The position numbers and the translations under genes were made by a program. The notes beneath the pieces were generated by a model, which was given only the letters and a program-made list of their open reading frames with translations, had not been told where the DNA came from and searched no databases. Positions 49,650 through 60,830 of a stretch of DNA of 64,000 nt are shown one piece after another. The stretch's first letter is position 1. Each line of letters begins with the position of its first letter. Origin of the DNA: Octopus sinensis. Its lineage: Eukaryota. Where the stretch lies: contig NC_043006.1 in NCBI RefSeq assembly GCF_006345805.1, forward strand, positions 2,914,001-2,978,000. The letters run 5' to 3'.

Positions 49650-52100
49650 TCTCTCTTTAATTCAGCACCACAACAGCCACTGCAGTCATAGACACAGAGA
49701 AGAGGCAGTAGGCTGTAGCACCAGCATACCAAGTGGCAGAATCAACAACACCATTACCACCCCAACCAACCTTTTAACTGAACTGAGCTGAATATCACTG
49801 TACCAAATAACATCACCACTTCCTCTTTGGCAAGCCAGTGCTTTCAGCTCCAATGGTAACAGAGGCGGAGAACAATAACAGGCTCTGGTAAAGTGGTTGC
49901 TCAGATCGGCTCATTTGCCTATACAGCAAAAGCCTTGGAATAACTAGAGTTACAAGATAAGAACAGGTTAGAAAAACCAGAGGCCTCATTCAGAATGAGA
50001 GAAGAAATGTTACCTTGGCTGTATCTCAATGGTGATGGAAAATTTTAAATGAAAAAAAAAACAAAACAACAGATTATTGTGATATGCCAGTGCCCAGGCA
50101 TGAAGAATCGGCAGATAGAAAAGCTGACAGACATCCAAGTGGAAAAGTATTTGAAAATAATATAGGACAAAAAAGCCTTCCTTGCTCACCACAGCTGAAG
50201 ATATGGAACAGTGGAGGTAAGATAGGGTCCTCTCTGAAGATGAGGTGAGGAACCACTCTCTGGCCCAGTTAAGATTTAGTGGTTCATACCTCATTCTGTC
50301 AGATTTGGGCTGGCGAAGGTTAAGGGGTTTCTGACAGAAATCAATTATTGATAGCTGAAGTGGATGAAATGACTATCTTGGAGGTAGTGTGTACCAGGGG
50401 ACCAGTCAAAGATAGGGATGGAGCTTGCAATCCAAATAAGTCAGGAAAGGCTTGAAAATATCCCTTGGATGACCGCTACCAAACTACTCACAACTAGTTG
50501 TGGCAGTAGATAGGAGAAGGGTTGGGTGTGACATAAGTGGCACCACCAACCACCTTAAGTACTTTCTGCCCACAGTAAAAGGCAAAAGAAGGAAGGTGTA
50601 CATTTACTACAATTCCTGCAACTACAATCACATCAAAGGCACTAACAGATCCCTCTAACACGACCAAAGGAAACCTTCTAGCAATGTCCCCTTTCCCAAG
50701 AAAGCTCAAACATACATGCACAGTGTTACCTTCCCTTCCAGATCTCTACAATTAGAAGACCTTATTTTGCAACAAGTTCAAAACATAAGACGTATTATAA
50801 GAGGTCTTTAACAGGAGAAAGAGAAAAAAAAACTGTAGAGCAAAGATTAAAAAAAAAATAAACAAACAAAAAAGTTCAAAGCCTTTTGGTCAACCACACA
50901 CCCCTGGAACCATATACACAATTCTATCACCATTACTGCAACAACAGATAGAGCCATATCACATCAACAAATGCAAAAATACAATAGTGGGAAAACAAGC
51001 AAAGACTACAACCACCACAGCAAAAACATAAAAAACACAAAAACAACAAAGGAACACCAGCTGTAATAACAACAATCTCTCTCTCTCTCACCCACCCACC
51101 CATCCACACACCACACACCAAAAGAAAAATAGGGAGAAACTTTAACATCAGTTGATGGGGGTGATTGTAGGTATATATTGTGGATTACTTTGAAGCAAGC
51201 CGAGTGGAGCAGGACTGGCAGGACTTTGCAAGAAGTCCTGGCAGTCTGCTTTCCAGTTTGATGCTAAGTTACTGTAACTGTTGGCAGAACTGGAGAATTC
51301 CGAATTGTGAAGACCAGGAAGTAATAGTGCTGTTGAGGAAGGATATGGACAAGAGACATTATTCTGATCATTTCTGCCCTTAACTCTGCTGAGCACAAAG
51401 TTTGGCACTTGTTGTTGAACATGTAGGTGAGCATGTGTAGGCCTGTGAAATCCCTGACAGGTCTCTCTGCAACAGTCTCCACAACATGTGGCTTTGGTTA
51501 GACTCCAGTCAGTTTGGATCAGCTGCAAGCTTTTGGAGTTGACCATATTGTCTGGAACAACCAAATAAACTTCCCATACATAACTGATGTAGGATGATAG
51601 GGTTCTAGAATCAGCTAGCTGGTCAGGTTTGGAATACTTTCAGCCCAATCATTGTAGGTAACTTCCAGAAATTCTTCATCTGACAGTGATGCCAAAGGGA
51701 GTGTGTTGGTTTGAAGTAAAGTCTACAGGCATGAAAGTTCCACCAGCTGGCTGTCCAAACAAACATTCAATGACCATGTGTTGTTGGTGTGTGGGGTCTT
51801 ATCAAAGAGCTCTTGTATAGAAAATGGATCTGGCTTATTAGCCAAGTAACATCCTGATGATGGCTTTCCTGCCTTCATTTGGCCAAGAAGGGCCAGCAGT
51901 GTTGTTCTGTGAGTTGTGGCAAAAGAGATTTCTTGGTGGATCTGACCAAAAAGATTCTGGATAGATGTCTTTCTCTTTAGGAAAGCTCTCATTGACTTGT
52001 TCAATTTCCATCTGAGGTAAATGTGGGAATAGAGGGAGAAGTGATGCCACCTGTGGGGAGAGTGGCAAGCACAACCTGAGTGAATGGTCCTACAGTCAGT
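49650..52100 (-). mobile_element. Decayed DIRS-like (tyrosine recombinase) retrotransposon relic
   Basis: Minus-strand pieces VPDNMVNSKSLQLIQTDWSL, then ETVAER...FNNKCQTLCS, follow the DIRS RNase H/MT pattern (IPG.N..AD.LSR..Q...TEWSL.P.VA.R...NRKLP.FCS). Further along, LSLTGP and GRLFCPI resemble YR motifs, in the expected RT/RH-to-YR order. Many stops and frameshifts. Confidence 0.55.
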
Positions 52101-52324
52101 ACTCACCTGTAGGATGGCCTATGATACCTTGAAGAGAGCAGCTACAATTTGGTAGTCAGTATAATCCTCAGTTAGTATAGTTCTTTGGTCTTCTTGTGAG
52201 TTCATCATATATATATATATATATACGGTATATACGATTACTTTTTTTTTTTTCATTTCATTTGATTTCAGTGTAAACAACTCCACTTTTACTAACTTAT
52301 TTGTGCCATATTCTTATTGAGAAT

Positions 52325-52530
52325 GGTGAATTGGCAGAATTGTTAGAGCTTTGTACGAAATGTCTTGCAACATTAATCATTCTACATTCGGAAACTGAAT
52401 CCTGCTGAGATCAGCTTTCCTTCTTACCCCTCTAGGTTTGATAAAATTAAGTACCGATTATGTTATTTGCTCTTTTTAATTTAGTATTCCTTACTCCCAC
52501 CCAAACTTCTAGCCTTGTGTTAGAAATATT
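52325..52530 (+). mobile_element. SINE family D, decayed
   Basis: TTGGCAGAATTGTTAGAGC...GATAAAATTAAGTACC...AGCCTTGTG. Confidence 0.6.
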
Positions 52531-54253
52531 TTGGGCTGTGGTTACAATTACTTCTGTAATTTTCAAATTGTAATGTTTCAGTGACAGAGACTCTGCCACA
52601 GTCTTTAGTATATTGTTCTATATAACCAACCGTGAAGAGAATTTCGATTTTGAATTGTCCTTCCATTCAACCATTCTGTCGCTTTTCTTTTAAAAGATTT
52701 CTGGTATTTTACCTCTAGTTGTAATTCTGTTTATATTTTTCCTCACCATTTCCCCAAATCCACCTTTTACCAACCGTTTTTAGTTACTTTTGATGGATCA
52801 AAGACTTTCCTCCACAACCTTTCATTTTTATCATTCTATAGGAAGCAAATTATTTTGTCTTCGTTTTCTCTCCTCTCCTGGTGTAATTAGAATGAAACTA
52901 CTCCAGCAGTCTCTTCAACTTTCTCTTCAATGGTTTATCTGTTTGAGAGCTCCTATAAATAAGTGCACATCATCATTCACCCACATCCCTTTATCAACAT
53001 CACTTTCATTCCCTATTACTGATAACACTACCAATACTAATGTTAATTGTAACATCAATTGTGTGGACGAAGGAAAATACCTTAGGGGTTGTGCTTTGCA
53101 TACCACATAGAAATATGATGGAGTTCCTCATATTTAATGTAGCAAGTGGAAGAACTTTGATAAACTGAGATTATCCATGCAGTCAATAAACAAATCTTGA
53201 AATCTAAAAACAAGCATTGGGACTTTGTTTGTTTGTAGGTATCAAATGCTTTCCAGCACAGCCGGAGTCAACCTACCACCACCATTGCATTCCACATGAT
53301 CCATGAGGGAACCTCTATGCTCACCAAACCTACCCTACTAGAAATAACAGCCAATTCTTTCAAATTATACTCTACTGTCTTAAGGAAAGACTGCATTGGT
53401 GGATATAGTCCAACATAGCTCTAGAAAAGGAAAAGGTGGGCCATGGGTGGATGTCCTTTGATTGTAAGTTTGCTTGATTCAAACTGATCTTTGACTAAAC
53501 ATGTCTACTAGCACCAATTCCACTCTCCAATATCAATCGGTACTACCATTAATTTATTTATCCACCACGACCTCCATAGCTGCTGTCTTCATAGCTCTAC
53601 CATCACCAACGACACAGCATCTACAGCATCACAACCATTCTCTACAATAACCAAAACCACAACACTATTCACTATCAGGATGTTGTTTTTTCCAGCTTCT
53701 CCTCCTTTCCACACCTAATTGCCCTATTGTTGTGTATAATACTTCTCCTCCTCATGAGAAGTATTTCCATTTAATCTCCGCTCCATGCTTCTTCTGCTTC
53801 ACCCATTGTCTTTTAGAGTGGCCAACAAAGTTTATGCAAACTTTCATTTCTAGTTCAGTTCTAGAATCCTTTTATCCTAATTTATTTCTTTATATGTTTG
53901 TTTATTTCAAAATAAATTACCAACATTTCATCCACATTTACTCGGAATCTACCCTCCTCCCCCCTGCCATCTCCCTCACCACTGTATGACTACAGTGACA
54001 ACAACATCAACAACAACAGCATTGACTAAAAACATCCTTTATTGATGTTGATTTGTCTTTATTTATTTATATATTTTTGTGTGTGCCTAATAGTCTAGAA
54101 TAATTGAGTGTATTGTCAAAGCTTATCCAGCTATTGTTATCATCAATTCAGATGTCCCAGAGATGTGGCCAACAGCAACAAAAGAGATGGGTGGAGGATT
54201 GCACTGAAATACTCTTCTTTTGTATATACAAATCCACACTCATACCAATACTG

Positions 54254-55098
54254 TATATATATATATATATATATATGTGCACACACACACACACACGTAC
54301 ACGTACACAAACTCAGTCACACACTGATACGCACACTTCAACATACACATTAGTGACATAAAATATACACCCACATACACAAACACCCATGTAGTTTGTA
54401 TACTCTTTACTGTTCAAATATACCGCCCACATCAGACATTTACATATTCTAGATCATGTCCTCCCTCCCGCTCTCACTCTCTCCCCCCCCCCACACACAC
54501 ACAAACCACACCACATTTACATAAAGCTGTACAAGCGACTCCCCCAATTCAGAATGTTTTTATGTTTTGGTTTCCTATCATCGCTTGAGAATCAGCTTCT
54601 CTCTTCCAGTATCCAATCTTCTAAACTCTGCTGTTCATTTATCCAATCAGCTCATTGACTAAACACAAACACCAATGGCTGAGAGCAACTGGAATACCAA
54701 TGGCAATCACTCATAAAACACCGTTTTCCTTAATGAACGTTTAAGTAATACTCTACAACACCAGACATTAAATCTTGATTATCTCCGCATCCAATTCCTG
54801 TAGATTCCTTAAGGAACCGACAGACTTTGTGTGGTGTTATCTGGAAAGAATATGCATATCAATCGGTTACCATCATGCTTCTGGTGCTCCATAACGATTG
54901 TTTTAGTTGTTTTGATTGTTTTGGTTCATTGTTTCTTGGTCAGAGAGGAATAATTAACTTACTGGTCTTATACACTTCTGTAACAGGTTTTTCGGTTACA
55001 GAAATCGGCTCTTTGTCTATGATACTCCCAACCCACTATATGTATATAAATACACACACAGGCACGAAAACACGTGTGTGTGTGTGTGTGTGTGTCAG

Positions 55099-55172
<74 letters not shown>

Positions 55173-56097
55173 CATATAATCAGAAACACAGAAAACATTA
55201 GTATTTTTATCCTTTTATATACATACATGTATGTGTGTGTGTGTAATATATATATATATATATATGTGCACACACACACACACACGTACACGTACACAAA
55301 CTCAGTCACACACTGATACGCACACTTCAACATACACATTAGTGACATAAAATATACACCCACATACACAAACACCCATGTAGTTTGTATACTCTTTACT
55401 GTTCAAATATACCGCCCACATCAGACATTTACATATTCTAGATCATGTCCTCCCTCCCGCTCTCACTCTCCCCCCCCCCCCACACACACACAAACCACAC
55501 CACATTTACATAAAGCTGTACAAGCGACTCCCCCAATTCAGAATGTTTTTATGTTTTGGTTTCCTATCATCGCTTGAGAATCAGCTTCTCTCTTCCAGTA
55601 TCCAATCTTCTAAACTCTGCTGTTCATTTATCCAATCAGCTCATTGACTAAACACAAACACCAATGGCTGAGAGCAACTGGAATACCAATGGCAATCACT
55701 CATAAAACACCGTTTTCCTTAATGAACGTTTAAGTAATACTCTACAACACCAGACATTAAATCTTGATTATCTCCGCATCCAATTCCTGTAGATTCCTTA
55801 AGGAACCGACAGACTTTGTGTGGTGTTATCTGGAAAGAATATGCATATCAATCGGTTACCATCATGCTTCTGGTGCTCCATAACGATTGTTTTGGTTGTT
55901 TTGATTGTTTTGGTTCATTGTTTCTTGGTCAGAGAGGAATAATTAACTTACTGGTCTTATACACTTCTGTAACAGGTTTTTCGGTTACAGGAATCGGCTC
56001 TTTGTCTATGATACTCCCAACCCACTATATGTATATAAATACACACACAGGCACGAAAACACGTGTGTGTGTGTGTGTGTGTGTCAGCAGTCTCTCT

Positions 56098-56131
<34 letters not shown>

Positions 56132-56208
56132 CTCTCTCTCTCTCTCATACATATAATCAGAAACACAGAAAACATTAGTATTTTTATCCTTTTATATACA
56201 TACATGTA

Positions 56209-56239
<31 letters not shown>

Positions 56240-56240
56240 G
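54254..56240. repeat. Tandem duplication of ~989 bp (copy 1 ~54254-55250, copy 2 ~55250-56240)
   Basis: Offset is 989 at 54277/55266. Outside the microsatellites I found only two substitutions (A54905/G55894, A55002/G55991). The junction lies in TA/TG/CA repeats. Confidence 0.95.
54613..54701. promoter_or_regulatory. Cluster of four CCAAT boxes (duplicated at 55602-55690)
   Basis: CCAAT at 54613, 54643, 54672 and 54697 (spacing 30, 29, 25), including CCAATCAG, in locally CpG-retaining DNA. Confidence 0.35.
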
Positions 56241-56261
56241 TGTGTGTGTATATATATATAT

Positions 56262-56304
<43 letters not shown>

Positions 56305-57313
56305 CAAGCAAAAATAGCATCAATGATTTGCTGACCATTAGCTTTATCCGTATCTTGCAAAGCCAATGACCAGTAAAAAATTCAGAGTTCCTCTCAATGT
56401 CATTCTCTTTTTTATAAAAATAAACGTATATTGAGTGATCCTTTAATTAATGTTTGATATAGTTATTACGTTTGACTGTAATATTAACACATGCACACAC
56501 AACGGGGGCTCCCTCGACACACACGAATGCTTTGTATGTCTGGACTTGTTATTGAATTTTATCAGTTGCACTTGTGCCCTTTCAGCTTCTTGTTTATCTA
56601 TCTTGTCTGTCTGTTTGGAAACACATCTATGGATTAATCTGTAAGTTCAGCTGCTCCATAGATTCTTGGTGTGAGATGTTAGTGCGTTGGCTGTTCGCTA
56701 TATTCACTAAATATAGGAACAATTTAAATTCCTGGTGTCATTGAATATTTCGTTTTATGTTCAGTATTTTGATAATACTATCAGCAAAACGAAGGATATG
56801 GATTGTCAGCCTTGTGGCTATGATTATGGTAATTCTCTTTCACAATGCAAAACTACCTCCAAGACAAACTGCTTGTGTTCTAAACTAGTTTCTGTCTGCA
56901 AATGTTAAGAAAATGGACAGTAAGATATAGCATGCTGCTACTACTCTGACTTGATTCCATCGTAGCTTCCCAGTCAACAAGTAAAAGCAGATGCAGGATT
57001 TCAGTTGAAAGCTTTACGATATAGCATGGCATTCCTTGTTATTGTTGGCAGTCCAGAGTATGAGTGTGTGTGTCTGTCTGTATGTGTGTGTGTGTATATA
57101 TATATATGTGTGTGTGTGTGTTCTGCACATACTGCATATCAACAAAAGACATTTGTGAGCTGAACAACAGCTCTTTAGTTTGATATTTGTTTAGATAATT
57201 CTGGTGTCATTCTTTGAGCTGGGAAGGTAAGAGCAGGCTGGATAAAAAGTTGTGCTTTAATAACTGTCCTGTTGTGGCGCTGCCATTGTTCTCGTTCAAC
57301 TGTTGCATACTCT

Positions 57314-58422
57314 ATAATACAGTTTAATGGTAAGCTCTGCTCTACAGCAAATAATACAGTTTAATGGTAAGCTCTGCTCTACAGCAAATAATACAGTTTA
57401 ATGGTAAGCTCTGCTCTACAGCAAATAATACAGTTTAATGGTAAGCTCTGCTCTACAGCAAATAATACAGTTAATGGTAAGCTCTGCTCTACAGCAAATA
57501 ATACAGTTTAATGGTAAGCTCTGCTCTACAGCAAATAATACAGTTTAATGGTAAGCTCTGCTCTACAGCAAATAATACAGTTTAATGGTAAGCTCTGCTC
57601 TACAGCAAATAATACAGTTTAATGGTAAGCTCTGCTCTACAGCAAATAATACAGTTTAATGGTAAGCTCTGCTCTACAGCAAATAATACAGTTAATGGTA
57701 AGCTCTGCTCTACAGCAAATAATACAGTTTAATGGTAAGCTCTGCTCTACAGCAAATAATACAGTTTAATGGTAAGCTCTGCTCTACAGCAAATAATACA
57801 GTTTAATGGTAAGCTCTGCTCTACAGCAAAAATACAGTTTAATGGTAAGCTCTGCTCTACAGCAAATAATACAGTTTAATGGTAAGCTCTGCTCTACAGC
57901 AAATAATACAGTTTAATGGTAAGCTCTGCTCTACAGCAAATAATACAGTTTAATGGTAAGCTCTGCTCTACAGCAAATAATACAGTTTAATGGTAAGCTC
58001 TGCTCTACAGCAAATAATACAGTTTAATGGTAAGCTCTGCTCTACAGCAAATAATACAGTTTAATGGTAAGCTCTGCTCTACAGCAAATAATACAGTTTA
58101 ATGGTAAGCTCTGCTCTACAGCAAATAATACAGTTTAATGGTAAGCTCTGCTCTACAGCAAATAATACAGTTTAATGGTAAGCTCTGCTCTACAGCAAAT
58201 AATACAGTTTAATGGTAAGCTCTGCTCTACAGCAATAATACAGTTTAATGGTAAGCTCTGCTCTACAGCAAATAATACAGTTTAATGGTAAGCTCTGCTC
58301 TACAGCAAATAATACAGTTTAATGGTAAGCTCTGCTCTACAGCAAATAATACAGTTTAATGGTAAGCTCTGCTCTACAGCAAATAATACAGTTTAATGGT
58401 AAGCTCTGCTCTACAGCAAATA
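57314..58422. repeat. 30 x 37-bp minisatellite ATAATACAGTTTAATGGTAAGCTCTGCTCTACAGCAA
   Basis: 57314-58419 is 1106 bp = 30 x 37 - 4. I saw four single-base deletions (near 57471, 57691, 57830, 58234) and no substitutions. Confidence 0.97.
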
Positions 58423-58864
58423 GCATTTGTAACTCGGTTTTCATTCCAGTTGAAGCTATTAGCTCCACTTACAAATCAATCATCACAACTTCGTTACAGA
58501 TTCTCGTTTCTCCTTCCCTACTCAAGTTCCCAGACATCCTGCATATGTCAGACATGAAGAAGACTGATAGAAATGTTGGAGAGAACTGGAGTTGTGTTTG
58601 TTTTTTGTTGTTGTCATACCATTGTAGTTAGGAGTTGATATAGTAATTAGTTGTATCAATGCATAATTTGCCAGTATTTAGAATCTGGTTTTAGTAGATT
58701 GCAGAATCTTGTGATGCCATCCTTTTTGCCGCCCATTCTTTGGCTCATTTTCTGAAATTATTTGCTGCAGCCAAAGATTTGGCGAAGATATTTGCTGAAG
58801 AAAACAGAAAAACCAAGACAAGTAAAATAAATTTGGCTGAAGACAAAATTTGGGACAATATTCT

Positions 58865-58922
58865 TGTCCTTGATCCTTAAGTTTACTGGTTGCTGTCCTT
58901 GATCCTTAAGTTTACTGGTTGC
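58865..58922. repeat. 2 x 29-bp perfect tandem duplication TGTCCTTGATCCTTAAGTTTACTGGTTGC
   Basis: Read directly from the sequence. Confidence 0.95.
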
Positions 58923-59309
58923 AGAGCATCTACTGGACTGAATGGAATAAATAAAACAGGGACTGCTTAAAGTTTGGGGTTATACATTTGTTAAGGGAAC
59001 AGAAATCGTGGTTGTACTTGGCAAACATGAACTGGTTTGGGAAAAAGAACATTTAATGAAAGTGGTGCTGCTTCCTTGTAATCTCTTTGCAGCAATTTTA
59101 AATAGTAGTGAATGTAGAGCATGTGACATTAACTTGGTAATCTACCCTGAGAAACAAAGTTTTTAATCTTTAGGTAACTTGGATTATGATAGTGGATATC
59201 CTACAGAGGATTATGTTCATTGTAAGGATTCCATTCTTCTCATGAACTCAAATGGTTTCCTTTATGTAAGCGATTAATATGGGTTTTGCAGGTTTGCTGT
59301 TTGTTCTTC

Positions 59310-59560
59310 CATCTTTTCTGCCACAACTGCTATGGCCTCAGCTCCTTGCAGCTATCTGGTCTCATTACCTTCAACACTCAGGCACTCTTGATTCACTCAT
59401 CTCTCCCTTGTTGTACCCAACACCTAACCACACGTCAACCACTCAGTCTTTTCTCCGCAGAATATTGGTCCTTGCAACAGTTCAAATGAAACATCACTGG
59501 TCTTGGAATTGCCAGAAGGGGCCATGCACACTGTGTTTCCCTCCAGACCCATTAACTAAA
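59310..59560 (+). mobile_element. Possible CR1/L2-like LINE 3' relic
   Basis: CTATGGCCTCAGCTCC...ACTCATCTC...ACCTAACCAC...TCTTTTCTCCGCAGA resembles the post-RT 3' end of CR1-type LINEs. Decayed. Confidence 0.4.
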
Positions 59561-60644
59561 AATAGATAAAGAAAACTGTCAAGAAATATGAACCTGGCAT
59601 ACAACAAGCATCTTGTGCCGGGGCTTGAGTTCATTTTACTATATTGCTTGGCTCTTAGGAAAAGTATTGGCACCAGAAATTATCATTACTTTGTAAAAAT
59701 ATTGTTTTATTTTACAATTTTAATTTTCATTACCAAAGCTTCTAGTTTCAGTTAGTTTGCTTTTTTTCTGCTGTTTTTATCTGATCTCATAAATTGATGA
59801 TGAATATAACTTTGATGTCGACCTAACGTGTTTGAATTTTATAAGATCTTATTTTAAGCCTTCCATTCCAGCTTTGGTTGTATAATGTTGTTTGTTGTAA
59901 AGCAAGGGTTAAACTGTGTTCAAACAAATTGCTACCAACTTGTAGTTTGGTAAAAGTAGAAAGATGTATTCACTGATGTGAGTCCTTCCTTGTTTCTGCA
60001 TATTGCTGTGACATATTATTCATAAAATGACATAGCAACCTATAAGTTTGTTTTGATGCATGACGGAATTCTTTAAATCACCAGAAGATAATTCTTGACA
60101 ATGTCTGTTGAACTTGGTTTCCTTTCTATCTCATTAATCATTTATTTTACAAGTCTACAGAGTCTGGTCAAGTTTCCTTCTACTTTATTACCTTAACACT
60201 TTCGTTTCTGTATTTTGGTTGGAATTCAGTACTTTTGTTTCAATTAATTTTTGGAAAGAAAGAAACATTTTGTAAAACACCTTTGTAATTGTTAGGCAGG
60301 TGTTTGGAATATGGATTAACATCAAAATCTGATGAACTGTTCTAATTTAGGTCACTTTAAAACTTGGGTTGGTCAAATGGCTTAAGGAATTATTCTATTT
60401 AAATTGACAATTAATTAAGAATATTACATGTCCCAGCACTGTAATCCAATTCTGCATAATTCTTGTGTTGTTGTATCTTTCATGAAATAAGATCAAAGTT
60501 GAGATACATACATGTGTATATACGTGTGTGTGTGATGTCACATACACATACAGGGAGAAAAAGTGTATTCCCTCACAGGAAAGAATGTAGGGGAGTTGGT
60601 TTGTGGGATGTTGAAAATGCACATGAGTATTAAAATGTGTTGTA

Positions 60645-60679
<35 letters not shown>

Positions 60680-60682
<3 letters not shown>

Positions 60683-60830
60683 TAATCCCTCAACTATCGC
60701 GAGTGTTATGTTCCAAAACCTCCCACAGAAATAATTAAAATTCAAAAAAATATAAATACCTATCAGACACAGAAACCCTCAATATACTGAGGAGCCCGCA
60801 ATATAAATTTACATATATTAGTCAGAATAT
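60680..60830. mobile_element. Tigger/pogo-type terminal inverted repeat end
   Basis: TA|CAGTAATCCCTCAACTATCGCGAGTGTTATGTTCCAAAACC has the CAGT start, TA target and subterminal pattern of Tigger-like elements. Confidence 0.55.

Noticed and set aside
54905-55991. A/G differences between the duplicated copies as a sign of RNA editing
   Set aside because: There are only two sites and this is genomic sequence; ordinary transitions or allelic differences explain them.
57314-58422. CRISPR array (37-bp repeat length is CRISPR-like)
   Set aside because: The units are directly adjacent with no unique spacers, there are no cas genes, and the context is eukaryotic.
59447-59490. TCTTTTCTCCGCAG acceptor as the next coding exon after 49205
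   Set aside because: In the required phase it reads EYWSLQQFK-stop, and it lies within a LINE-like relic.
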